Below are positions 19,264 through 28,259 of a DNA stretch of 64,000 bases, one piece after another. Each line of letters starts with the position of its first letter. The stretch's first letter is position 1. This DNA comes from Roseibacillus sp. (GTDB lineage Bacteria > Verrucomicrobiota > Verrucomicrobiia > Verrucomicrobiales > Akkermansiaceae), in NCBI GenBank assembly GCA_051251855.1, contig JBPOGI010000002.1, forward strand, positions 256,001-320,000, read 5' to 3'. The notes beneath the pieces were generated by a model. The model was not told where the DNA came from and searched no databases. It was given only the letters and a program-made list of their open reading frames with translations. The position numbers and the translations under genes were made by a program.

Positions 19264-20652
19264 CTATGAAACTAGTTCGATGGCTGGGACTTTCTCGCGC
19301 TGCTCGCTGGTGAGAAGCCATCGATTGTTCTCTCGCTGGATGGAACCATCCAGCTCAAGATCATTGAGTAGTTTCTCGCATTTAGCAGCCGGGATGCCGA
19401 GCGAGCGATAGAGCTCACGGTTCTCCAAAGCCTTGGACTGTAGCCTAAACACAAGACGAGCTTTAAGTTGACGGTCTTTCTCAATCTCTTCGGCCCACAA
19501 TAGAGACTTCCGGGCCGCAACAGAGCGAAGGATGAGATACTGAGCGAACTCGTAGATGCCAGTCGCATTGAGGCTCTGTTGATGCTCTTCGAAATAGGCG
19601 TTGGAGACGCCTTGCAGCCCAAAGAAGAGAGTAGCGAGAAGACTTTTTGAGAAGCCTGTAATTCCAGGGTAGTCGTCTTCTTGGGTTAGGAGAAAGCGAA
19701 CCCATTTCGTTTGCAGCCGTGAGAGTTCGCGGGAGATGAATTGAGGGCCAACTTGATGGTGGTCAACCCGGCGGGCGAAAGCGGTGAGGAGGCTTTGCCT
19801 AAGGTGTCTCAGCTCAACTGGTTTTGAAGCGGTCTTCGAGTGAGCCGGAGGCTGGGCTAAGTTCATTCCAGGCCCACCATCAAGGAGCCAAATAAATCTG
19901 GGGAAGCTGTCGGGGTTATCCCTGACAACTTGGTAGAACGAGTTGCAAGAATCCTCAACGAGGACAGAGCCTCGATGAATGGAGGGAGGCGAGGCTCCCA
20001 CATTGTAACCATCAATGATTTTACCGAGGATAGATTGAGAGCTTCGGAACTGTTCGGGAGACTGCATCCCATAGTGCAGAAAGGGCTTCCCGTCGTGTGC
20101 AGGGGCGAGGCATTGGACTGCCTTGTTCGGTTCGCTTGTTCGGAGATACACTTGCGTGTTTTGGTAAAGTTCTCCCCGGGTGGGTTGAGGAGGGTTACTT
20201 AAAACGTATTCCCACTCTTGCCCTGTCGTCTGAATAGAGAGGTGGTCTTCCTGTTGGAGACCAAAGAACGTGCCTTCCGACGAGGTGCCCTTATATTCGG
20301 CAAGCTCCGACCATTCGTGGCGGGCAATGCGTTTTTTTTGGTCTTCTTCAGCTGCTCGTAAAAAGCCTTTGGTATGTGAGTTGTAGCTATTCTGGTATTG
20401 TGCAAGCTGAGTGCCAATGTGTTCTGCGGATAGGCCGGAGCTAAGACCACCGCTGATCACGAGATTGGCTCCAATTTCGAAACTCCTTTCGTTTTTGCTC
20501 ATGATGCCGCTGCCTGGGCGGGAGAGGTTTGCTATCGAGCAGAGATGAACAATCAAGGTGTTGGCTCCTGCTACTAAGTCGCCATCACCAAGGTCGGTGG
20601 TGTTGAATTGGGAAAGGAAGGACTGAAGGCGGTCGATTGATTTGGAGTCCAT
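19264..20652 (-). CDS. Hypothetical island protein, possibly degenerate DUF3987/YfjI-like, with C-terminal winged helix
   Basis: 462 aa; ANLVISGGLSSGL resembles a decayed Walker A (no GKS/T); C-terminal NRELYRSLGI..CEKLLNDLELDGSI..NNRW is wHTH-like. Confidence 0.65.
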   Translation of the reverse strand: MDSKSIDRLQSFLSQFNTTDLGDGDLVAGANTLIVHLCSIANLSRPGSGIMSKNERSFEIGANLVISGGLSSGLSAEHIGTQLAQYQNSYNSHTKGFLRAAEEDQKKRIARHEWSELAEYKGTSSEGTFFGLQQEDHLSIQTTGQEWEYVLSNPPQPTRGELYQNTQVYLRTSEPNKAVQCLAPAHDGKPFLHYGMQSPEQFRSSQSILGKIIDGYNVGASPPSIHRGSVLVEDSCNSFYQVVRDNPDSFPRFIWLLDGGPGMNLAQPPAHSKTASKPVELRHLRQSLLTAFARRVDHHQVGPQFISRELSRLQTKWVRFLLTQEDDYPGITGFSKSLLATLFFGLQGVSNAYFEEHQQSLNATGIYEFAQYLILRSVAARKSLLWAEEIEKDRQLKARLVFRLQSKALENRELYRSLGIPAAKCEKLLNDLELDGSIQRENNRWLLTSEQREKVPAIELVS

Positions 20653-20800
20653 GGAATTGAGGGATGGAGTTTCATCACGCAGCTAAGTAGGCAGCGGATC
20701 TCTGATCCCTAAAGATCTCATGAAAGAGGATTTTCGTACAGTGTAAAATAGTCCTAGCTCGTCATGAGGACTCTACTCAAAAACTCTCTTAAAGATGTTT

Positions 20801-21268
20801 CTAAGCTGAATCGTTTTCGAGCATGAATTGGGCATCTAAAACTCCGGCGAAGTAAGCGAGTTTGGTATGGGGGTGCTCGATGCTCTGTAAGTCGTCCCGA
20901 TGTTCTTCCGCAATTCGACCTGAGAGCTGAGCATCTACTAGCTCAATGGACTCGTATTTGAGAAGCCAGGGTGGTGCCGGGAATAAGAGAGGGTCGATCA
21001 ATGTGAAGGCAAGACGTGTGATGTTCTCTAATGATGCTCTTCCCGGTTGGTTGGGTAGTGACTTCACTGTGGGGAGTTTCATTCTGCGAAGTGATTCGTT
21101 GAGGAAGAATCTTCCCTGCATCGATGGCCATCGTTTGATTTTTCCTTTTGCGACGAGATCGTGAAAAGTGCTGGTTGGAAGAGGGCTGTCAAAGAACTGG
21201 TTGAAGGTCTCCCGAGTTACGATGAACTCGGGTTCGTCTGATGTGGATGGGCTTGGTGATTTAGACAT
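20801..21268 (-). CDS. Putative excisionase/AlpA-like DNA-binding protein with C-terminal extension
   Basis: N-terminal VTRETF..LPTSTFHDLVAKGKI..GRFF fits the Xis/MerR-like wHTH pattern; first gene beyond the tRNA 3' end. Confidence 0.6.
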   Translation of the reverse strand: MSKSPSPSTSDEPEFIVTRETFNQFFDSPLPTSTFHDLVAKGKIKRWPSMQGRFFLNESLRRMKLPTVKSLPNQPGRASLENITRLAFTLIDPLLFPAPPWLLKYESIELVDAQLSGRIAEEHRDDLQSIEHPHTKLAYFAGVLDAQFMLENDSA

Positions 21269-21353
21269 GGTAAATGATGTTCCAGATCAGCGAGTGTGCA
21301 TCGATATTTTTTCAATCGGCCCTTCGTGAGCTGAGCAGGTGGTAGTGTGATGA

Positions 21354-21450
21354 AATCAATTAGTTAAGAGTTCTTAAATAATTGCCAAATCAGTTGCCAA
21401 TTTTGCACCGTTTTTCCGGATTTTGACGGAATCTGCCGGATCGGAGCGGA
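21354..21450. promoter_or_regulatory. att-arm-like region: IHF site, arm-type direct repeats, helically phased repeats
   Basis: AATCAATTAGTTA (21354-66) is an exact WATCAANNNNTTR; palindrome TTAAGA-GT-TCTTAA (21364-77); TTGCCAA at 21382 and 21394; CGGA at 21417, 21427, 21437, 21447. Confidence 0.65.
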
Positions 21451-21515
21451 ATTGGTGTCCAATCGCCGAAGGGCTGTTATTCCCTGTGTTTATAGGGGAA
21501 GTAAGGGTTTTTAGG

Positions 21516-21590
21516 TGGAGCCGCTGGTCGGAATTGAACCGACGACCTATTCATTACGAGTGAATTGCTCTACCCCTGAGCTACAGCGGC
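21516..21590 (-). tRNA. tRNA-Thr (anticodon CGT)
   Basis: Reverse complement GCCGCTGTAGCTCAGGGGTAGAGCAATTCACT-CGT-AATGAATAGGTCGTCGGTTCAATTCCGACCAGCGGCTCCA: 75 nt cloverleaf with encoded CCA. Confidence 0.97.
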
Positions 21591-21778
21591 GACTGCTGGA
21601 GAACCTAGAAGGAGTCTATGAGAGGGGAAAGGGGATTTTTTCAGTTTTGAGTCCAGCTACGGGGAAATTTTTTCTCATAAAATTGAGGATAGGCAGTCTG
21701 TTGCAGAGCGGTCATTCTTTGACTGTGAAATTTCAGCTCTGAAAAAGGGCTGCGAACATAAGTAGGGTGAAAAGGAAT

Positions 21779-23245
21779 ATGAAGACAGTCTTGGCGATGT
21801 TGTTGATAGGAGGTTTGGCTAGTTTCGCTTTTGGCGGGACGCAGCCGAATGTGATTGTGGTTTTGACGGACGATCAGGGTTATGGCGACTTGGGGAGGCA
21901 TGGACACCCATTCTTAAAGACCCCTCATTTGGACAAATTTCATGATGAGAGTGTTCGCTTCAATAACTTTTATGTGAGCCCTTCCTGTTCACCTACGCGG
22001 GCGGCTTTGCTGACGGGGCGGCACGAATTCCGGAGTGGAGTGACGCATACCATTCAGGGGCGGGAACGTCTTTCGACGGAGGCGGTGACGCTCCCGCAGC
22101 TTTTGAAAACGGCGGGCTATCGCACCGGATTTGTGGGGAAGTGGCATTTGGGGAACGATCCGGAGCATCGACCTGCTGCTCGAGGATTTGAGTGGACTTC
22201 GACCAATGCGGGAGGGCCGCGGGTGCACTTTGATCCGGTGATGATTCGCAATGGGAAAAAGTCGAAGCGAGAGGGATTTCGAGAGGATGTCTTTTTTGAT
22301 GAGGCGATGACCTTTATGGAGGAGAGTGGCGAGAATCCTTTCTTTTGCTACTTGGCAACTTATTCGCCGCACACGCCCTTGGATGCCCCCGAAGAAGATA
22401 TTGCGCGCTATCGTGAGCACGTGAGCGAGAAGGATGCCTCCTATCTCGCGATGATTGACAACATCGACCAGAACATGGGCCGTTTGATGGCTTTCTTGAA
22501 GAAGAGTGGCTTGGAGGAGAACACCATTGTGGTCTTCATGAACGACAATGGGGTCACGGAGGGATTGGATGTTTTCAATGCGGGGATGAGGGGATGCAAG
22601 TGCACGATTTGGGAGGGAGGCTCGCGTGCGATGTCGTTCTGGCGTTGGCCCAACGAGTGGAAGCCTCACACCGTGGACAACTTGACCGCGCATCTGGATG
22701 TTCTTCCTACGATTTGTGAGTTGGCTGGGGTTGAGGTTCCGAAGGAGCTTGAGGAAAAGCTGGAGGGGTTCGATCTGCTCCCGTTGTTAGAAACGACGGA
22801 ACCGGTGAGCTGGTATGATGATCGCCTGCTCTTTCATCATGTGGCGCGCTGGCCGAGTGGTCTCGCAGAGTCGCACAAATACGCGATGTGCGGAGTGAGA
22901 CAGGGGCATCAGCTTCTTCTTCGTAGTCATCCCTGTGAGGACCCTGCTTGTGAGCCTCATTCGAGCCAATGCAAGACTCTGCGGTTAGTTGGCAAGGGGC
23001 GCACGGGGATGACTTATACCAAGAAGAATGCGCAATATCATTGGGGAGTGAGTGAGCCGGGACGTTGGTCGCTCTTTGATGTCAAGAAGGACCTCGGTTG
23101 TGAGCATGACCTCGCTCTGGAGAGTTCAGAGAAAGTGAGCGAGTTGGCGCAAGCATATGAGCAATGGTGGGAAGATGTCTTTCCGGAAATGATTGCGGCT
23201 GGGGGAGATGGAGTAGCAGTTGAGAAATCGAAGGAGAAGAAATGA
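21779..23245 (+). CDS. Arylsulfatase (formylglycine-dependent, family S1)
   Basis: PNVIVVLTDDQG, CSPTRAALLTGR, GKWHLG, NDNG; signal peptide from ATG 21779. Confidence 0.93.
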   Translation: MKTVLAMLLIGGLASFAFGGTQPNVIVVLTDDQGYGDLGRHGHPFLKTPHLDKFHDESVRFNNFYVSPSCSPTRAALLTGRHEFRSGVTHTIQGRERLSTEAVTLPQLLKTAGYRTGFVGKWHLGNDPEHRPAARGFEWTSTNAGGPRVHFDPVMIRNGKKSKREGFREDVFFDEAMTFMEESGENPFFCYLATYSPHTPLDAPEEDIARYREHVSEKDASYLAMIDNIDQNMGRLMAFLKKSGLEENTIVVFMNDNGVTEGLDVFNAGMRGCKCTIWEGGSRAMSFWRWPNEWKPHTVDNLTAHLDVLPTICELAGVEVPKELEEKLEGFDLLPLLETTEPVSWYDDRLLFHHVARWPSGLAESHKYAMCGVRQGHQLLLRSHPCEDPACEPHSSQCKTLRLVGKGRTGMTYTKKNAQYHWGVSEPGRWSLFDVKKDLGCEHDLALESSEKVSELAQAYEQWWEDVFPEMIAAGGDGVAVEKSKEKK

Positions 23246-24471
23246 GTCAAATGTTGAAGATGAATTGGATGTTGAGAACTGTTCTTGTTGTGGTTCCGAC
23301 CATTTTGCGGGGAGAGGGTTTCGAAAAGGAGCTGGCCCAAGTTAAGGGGTTAGGTGAATTGGTGGATCGTCCGGCGATGCGCGATGCGGAGGGTTTTGAG
23401 GCGAAGGGTGGAGTGAAGGCGATCTACTACGATGCTTTGGATTGGAAAGGGAAGCCGACGAAGGTCTTTGCTTGGTTGGGGGTGCCCGAGAGGAGTGTCG
23501 GTAAAGTTCCTGGCGTGGTCTTGGTGCATGGTGGGGGCGGAACGGCCTTTCAGTCTTGGGTTGAGAAATGGAATGAACGGGGGTTTGCTGCCATCAGTAT
23601 CGCGGTGGAGGGCCAAACGGATCGCAAAGAGGGCAAGGGGCCTTGGGAGAAGCATGAGTGGGCGGGGCCGTCACGAGTAGGGATCTATGGTGATTCCAAT
23701 CAGCCCCTCAAAGACCAATGGATGTATCACGCGGTGGCGGATACTGTTTTAGCCCATTCCTTGCTCCGTTCTTTTCCTGGAGTGGACGAGACGAAGGTCG
23801 GGCTGATGGGGACTTCGTGGGGTGGAGTGATTACCAGCACTGTAATGGGGATTGATGAGCGCTTTGCGTTTGCGATTCCGGTCTATGGTTGTGGTGCTCT
23901 CGCGGAGGCTGGTAATCAATACGGACGAGCATTGGGAAACAATGCCCTGTATCAGAAAGTTTGGGACCCAATGGTGCGGATGAAAGAAGTCACCATGCCG
24001 ACCCTTTGGTTTTCGTGGCCGGGTGATACGCACTTTCCGTTGGATAAGCAGGCGAAATGCTATCAGGCGATGAGTGGCCCTTATCTGGTGTCGTTGATTC
24101 CGGGATTGAGGCATGGTCATGGTCCTCCTTGGAATAAGCCCGATAGCTATGCCTTTGCGCAGCGTGTGGTGGGGCAGGGTATGGCAGGGCCTCGGGGAAT
24201 TTGGTGTCGTGAACGTGCGGCGAAGAGGGAGGGCTCAAGGGTGACTGTGACGTTTGAAACTTCTCGGGAGGCTGAGACGGGGGTTTTGGTGAGCACGATC
24301 GATGAGGGAGTCACCGGAGACCGGACTTGGGTCGAGACTCCGGCCGAGTTAGAGAAGATGGCTGACGGTTGGCGGGTTTCGGGAGAATTGTCCGAAGGAA
24401 CAACGGCGTGGTTTGTTAATCTGTCGAGTGGAGGTCTGACGGCGAGTTCTGATTTTCAATTGGTTGATTGA
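23242..24471 (+). CDS. Alpha/beta-hydrolase (acetylxylan esterase/dienelactone hydrolase-like)
   Basis: LVHGGGG, nucleophile GTSWGG, GDTHF and RHGH; ATGA overlap with the sulfatase. Confidence 0.8.
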   Translation: MSQMLKMNWMLRTVLVVVPTILRGEGFEKELAQVKGLGELVDRPAMRDAEGFEAKGGVKAIYYDALDWKGKPTKVFAWLGVPERSVGKVPGVVLVHGGGGTAFQSWVEKWNERGFAAISIAVEGQTDRKEGKGPWEKHEWAGPSRVGIYGDSNQPLKDQWMYHAVADTVLAHSLLRSFPGVDETKVGLMGTSWGGVITSTVMGIDERFAFAIPVYGCGALAEAGNQYGRALGNNALYQKVWDPMVRMKEVTMPTLWFSWPGDTHFPLDKQAKCYQAMSGPYLVSLIPGLRHGHGPPWNKPDSYAFAQRVVGQGMAGPRGIWCRERAAKREGSRVTVTFETSREAETGVLVSTIDEGVTGDRTWVETPAELEKMADGWRVSGELSEGTTAWFVNLSSGGLTASSDFQLVD

Positions 24472-24533
24472 AGCGCTTTGAGGAGAGGAGGGGCTGGGAA
24501 ATCTTTTTCTAAAGATGGTCAGTAGGACTGGAA

Positions 24534-25556
24534 TCAGTTTTTGGAGAGAGTCAGTTTGTCGGAGGCCTCTGTATTGAGTTCTTTTGCGAGATTCTTGCCA
24601 TTGATTTGAAGGACGAGGTAGCCGTTTGGAGTGAGGTAGGCGGCACCCTTGCCTTGCGGAAGGAGGCTGTAGTGTTGAGTAAGAGTTACGACCTGTTCGT
24701 TGTCTCCAGAGGTGATGAGGAGCTCGTCGTTGAGCTTTACACCCAAAGTCTCGAGGTCGCTGGCGACGAAAGAGGTGGTGAGGTTGCCCCATGATTCGTT
24801 AAGGTGGGTGATAGACCCTGTGAGTGAGACTTGTGCAGTGGACGGGTATTGAGGGATGGGTTGGGTAGCATCTTGTTTACGGTTGATATTTTTGCCATCA
24901 AGCTAGTCGTCCAGTGTGTTAATCGCGTAAAGCTTCTCGCTGTCGCTCACGTTGCAATGACCTGGGCGTTCGATTTTCCAAAGGGCGGTGAATTTATCTC
25001 CTGCTTTCTCGAAATAGGTCTCGGACATGGGCCGGTTGGCTTCCTGATTGATGAGAAGGATGAAGGGGACCTTTGGTGCGTAACTGAGTTGGGGATTGTA
25101 GTCCTCTTTTGGGTAATCTTGCAGGGCGGTGCCTGTTCCGATAGCGCCATCGACCGCGAGTTTCCCTTCTGCTGCGAGAGCCGCAATTTGCCCACCCATC
25201 GAGTTTCCTAGAATGAACGTGCGGGTGGTCTCGCCGTGGAGTTCGGTGACCTTTGCTTGCAGTGCGGCGAGGTCGGTGAGGGCGTCGTCAATGATCCAGC
25301 CGTTGCGGCGATACGAAGTTGAGGCAATGACCCATCCCTCATCAGTGAGCGTGGTCTCCATTTCGCCGTCGGTTGAAAACCGAGCGCTGAGTGGCGCACC
25401 CTCAGGGCGGTATCCGTGGGCTAAAAGGAGAACCTTGCCGTTGGGTTTTTCGGGCGAAAGGATGAGGAATTTCGCGCCCTCGATTTCACCCTCTTGAATT
25501 TTGGTTTCGGCAAGTGTGGAGGAAGCGAATACGAGCAATAGGAAGAAGACCTTCAT
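24534..25556 (-). pseudogene. Secreted alpha/beta-hydrolase with SAM-hydroxide-adenosyltransferase C-terminal-like domain, interrupted by an in-frame TAG at 24903-24905
   Basis: ATG 25556 MKVFFLLL; HGYRP, GNSMGG, PGHC. After NTLDD* the same frame stays open for 122 more codons (LDGKNINRK..GSITHLNESWGNLTTSFVASDLETLG..) to 24534. Confidence 0.7.
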
Positions 25557-25619
25557 AACTTCCCTCAAACCTGAACGGAATCGGTTGAGATGGGTAGGAA
25601 ACATTTGCAGTAGCGGAGG

Positions 25620-25685
25620 ACTTCGCGGTGAGATGGAAAAGTCTAGTAGTGAGCGGTAACCTCGAATGGAGAGGGAGTGGAGCAT
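25620..25685 (-). pseudogene. Possible 5' remnant of an SMC/RecF-like AAA ATPase gene
   Basis: AGAGG RBS followed by MLHSLSIRGYRSLLDFSI, a typical first strand of ABC/SMC-type ATPases; no Walker A follows. Confidence 0.45.
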
Positions 25686-25807
25686 CAACCTCTTCTTGGG
25701 TATGATTGACTGTGAGTTAGCCGAGTAACAGTAGTAGCTGCCAAGTCGTCTCTTTATTTTCTCTCTTTCTTGACGAGCTGCTGTCGCTTGCTCAGTTTAG
25801 ATAATTA

Positions 25808-27259
25808 ATGAAATATGGTTTATTTGCGGTCTATGGCTTGGCTCTTTTTCTGGGCTGGGGCTTGGCAAAGGCGATGTCTCAGTCAGGGCAATCGGTTGGA
25901 GAGAGCTCCGAGGGGAAGCCTATCGAGACTCTTGTTTCTAATGAATCGAGGTCTCCTGAGGAGAGCTCAGTAGAGCCTCCTTCCAAGGCTGAACGAATTA
26001 AAGCATCTTTGAAACGGACGGATGATCCTGGGGCTGCATTCCAAAGCCTTTTCGAGCGGAATCACGATTTTCTGCTTTCTGTGTTAGAGGCCGATGGGAT
26101 GAAGGGATTAAAGGAGAACTCGGATTTTGTGACTCTAGGGCTGCGCTTCATGCAATGGTTCGAGTTGGAACCTAGCGCCGCTTGTGCTGCTTTCTCTAAG
26201 CTAGAGAAAGATAATATTCAGAATGCGCTGCGTTATCTCTACCTCTTCCAACCACTTGAGGAGGCTGAGCTTGATCTCGTCAATGACCTTGATTCTTGGA
26301 AGGCGATTCATTCTATAGACCCCGAAAGCTCAATCAATGTGCTCGTGGACAAAATTGGCAAAACAGGAGATGTCGCGCTGTTGAAGATCGCGCAGCGTGA
26401 GCTTCCTTCGTGGTTTGAGAGCGAGGACTACGGATATAGTTTGGGGCAAGTGTGGCCGTTCGAAAAACGCAATGAGCTTCTCTCTGCTCTGCCCTTGGAG
26501 CACCGCTATATTGGTATTCTTCAATTGGCAGTCCAGACCGATCCAGTGATTGGCTTGGATTGGTTTATCTCAACGTTTCGAGCCCCTGAGACCCCTCAAG
26601 TCGTCCGTGATGGTTTAATGGAAAGAATGGATTGGATCGAGGAAATGGTTCAAGGGAGCACGCGGCCTGTGGAAGAGAAGGCTGCTCTTTTACGAGAGTT
26701 TTCAGGCAAAGACGCAACTCTTTCTGAACAAGTTGTATCGCGAGAAGTCACGAATTTTCTTCGAGGAGAAAGCGATCAATTCTACCAGTTTCATAATGGT
26801 CTCCTTGATGCGAACGAATTGCAGGAGGCTCTCTATTCGCGGAACCCGAGCCTGCGTGACTATGGCGATGATGTTCGTAGCCATTTGTTTGTTAATCTTG
26901 CTGAGAGCGACTTGTCGCGTGCACTGAGTCTCTTGGAGGGGGAATCCTCTGAGTTCATCAATGAGCAAAAGCTACGAGCGGCGAATGAAGCTTTCCGTTC
27001 GGTAAACCCTGAGAAATTCCTAGAATTGATGGAAAGCATGCCCGCAGTTGAGGTCGGGTTGAGTGAGAGGATGCAGGTGGCTTGGTCTGGTCGAACGGAA
27101 GCGAATCTAGAGCGCTTTGGCGCGGACTATTTGCGTTGGGTGAGTGGTATTGATGATGAATATCAAAGGAGAATGGCTCTCGAAGGCGTGGTAGAGAAGG
27201 GTCAGAATCGCTATCCTGATTTGGTAGAACAAGCACGTGATGAGTTGAAACAGCCATGA
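25808..27259 (+). CDS. Hypothetical membrane-anchored helical protein
   Basis: 483-aa ORF with an N-terminal TM segment and a Ser/Glu-rich linker; no recognisable catalytic motif. Confidence 0.8.
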   Translation: MKYGLFAVYGLALFLGWGLAKAMSQSGQSVGESSEGKPIETLVSNESRSPEESSVEPPSKAERIKASLKRTDDPGAAFQSLFERNHDFLLSVLEADGMKGLKENSDFVTLGLRFMQWFELEPSAACAAFSKLEKDNIQNALRYLYLFQPLEEAELDLVNDLDSWKAIHSIDPESSINVLVDKIGKTGDVALLKIAQRELPSWFESEDYGYSLGQVWPFEKRNELLSALPLEHRYIGILQLAVQTDPVIGLDWFISTFRAPETPQVVRDGLMERMDWIEEMVQGSTRPVEEKAALLREFSGKDATLSEQVVSREVTNFLRGESDQFYQFHNGLLDANELQEALYSRNPSLRDYGDDVRSHLFVNLAESDLSRALSLLEGESSEFINEQKLRAANEAFRSVNPEKFLELMESMPAVEVGLSERMQVAWSGRTEANLERFGADYLRWVSGIDDEYQRRMALEGVVEKGQNRYPDLVEQARDELKQP

Positions 27260-28155
27260 ATAGAAAATTTCATTTCGGAGGGATACTGTTGGTCGTTCTT
27301 ATTGGCTTCGCTTTGGGCTGGAAGCCAGTTGAGCCTTCGCTTTCTGTCTCCAATGCTGCTGCCAGCGGCAAGGCTCGAGTTCCCTCTGGTAGCGCCAAAA
27401 AATCTGAGTTCGTGGTGACGAGCAAACAAAGGAATGAGGAGTTCCAGAAGTCTTGGCAGGAAGTTACTCGTAAAAAACTGAAGGCCTATTCTCGCCTCGC
27501 TGAGCAGCGCAAGCTCTTGGCGAAGTGGGCGACTCAGGACATTGATGCCGCTCTTCTTGCTGCTCTCAGCGAGTCTTGGGATGGTGCAAGCGCATGGGAT
27601 CAAAAAATCGAATTGCGATTGAGCAACTGTATGGGAAGAGAGCTAGCGGAGCAGGCTGACCATGTGCTCGCCGGTGTCGAGGCCGGGGATTATGGCCTTT
27701 TGGAAGGACCGCTCGTTCGTTCCGCAGTTTTGACATCTTTGGGATTATCGTTCTCGCAAGAGACCCTTGAGAGATTTGATTCTTTGCAGGACCATGAAAT
27801 CAGAAAGGTGTTAGGCGCCGCTTCGCTTTCTTCCTATGACGAGTTCGAAAGTGTTTTCGATAAGATTTCTGAACGTCCGAATTTTCCCGTCGATTCTCTC
27901 TTAGAGTTCGATGACCAAGAGGATCCGTTTCCCAGTAGCTTTGCAGGGATGACTGCGGGAGCTTTAAAAAGAGAGCAATTGGTCGCTCTCTACTCACCGG
28001 AGAAGGCTCAAATGCACAAGCTCATCATTGAGTCTCTAGCCCTTAAGGCGACTTGGAATAAGGAAGAAGATCCCCTCGCTAATATCGAGGCGCTTCCCGT
28101 TGAAATTAGAGCGGGTTACCAAGACGCGGTGATAAGGCTGGCTGCGAAAAAATAG
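27256..28155 (+). CDS. Hypothetical membrane-anchored protein
   Basis: 299 aa, N-terminal TM, LLAKWATQDIDAAL motif; ATGA overlap with the previous gene. Confidence 0.78.
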   Translation: MNRKFHFGGILLVVLIGFALGWKPVEPSLSVSNAAASGKARVPSGSAKKSEFVVTSKQRNEEFQKSWQEVTRKKLKAYSRLAEQRKLLAKWATQDIDAALLAALSESWDGASAWDQKIELRLSNCMGRELAEQADHVLAGVEAGDYGLLEGPLVRSAVLTSLGLSFSQETLERFDSLQDHEIRKVLGAASLSSYDEFESVFDKISERPNFPVDSLLEFDDQEDPFPSSFAGMTAGALKREQLVALYSPEKAQMHKLIIESLALKATWNKEEDPLANIEALPVEIRAGYQDAVIRLAAKK

Positions 28156-28201
28156 AGTGAAACAATTTCTTGTTTCACCTTTCATCGATTCTCGTTGTCA
28201 C

Positions 28202-28233
28202 AAAAAAACCGTAAGGAACAGGTTCCTTACGGT
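28202..28233 (-). terminator. Rho-independent terminator of hisS-aspS
   Basis: Perfect stem ACCGTAAGGAA / TTCCTTACGGT followed on the - strand by a T7 run. Confidence 0.85.
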
Positions 28234-28259
28234 CTTGGAGATTGAGTTGCAGGGAGGGC

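Larger units (their letters stand above)
1..21515. mobile_element. Probable tRNA-Thr-integrated genomic island (metal efflux + Shango-type defence + Xis-like triad); left boundary outside the window
   Basis: Abuts the 3' end of tRNA-Thr. Has att-arm-like repeats and an IHF consensus at 21354-21450, an Xis-like first gene, and typical island cargo. All genes are on the - strand. No integrase or duplicated tRNA 3' end is visible in the window. Confidence 0.7.

Noticed and set aside
21515..21742. 75-aa ORF MEPLVGIEPTTYSLRVNCST
   Set aside because: It is the antisense translation of tRNA-Thr, a classic spurious ORF.
24903..24905. Pyrrolysine or genome-wide TAG recoding as explanation for the internal stop
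   Set aside because: TAG serves as a normal stop for many genes here (moaA, hisS, cysQ) and no pyl genes are visible.
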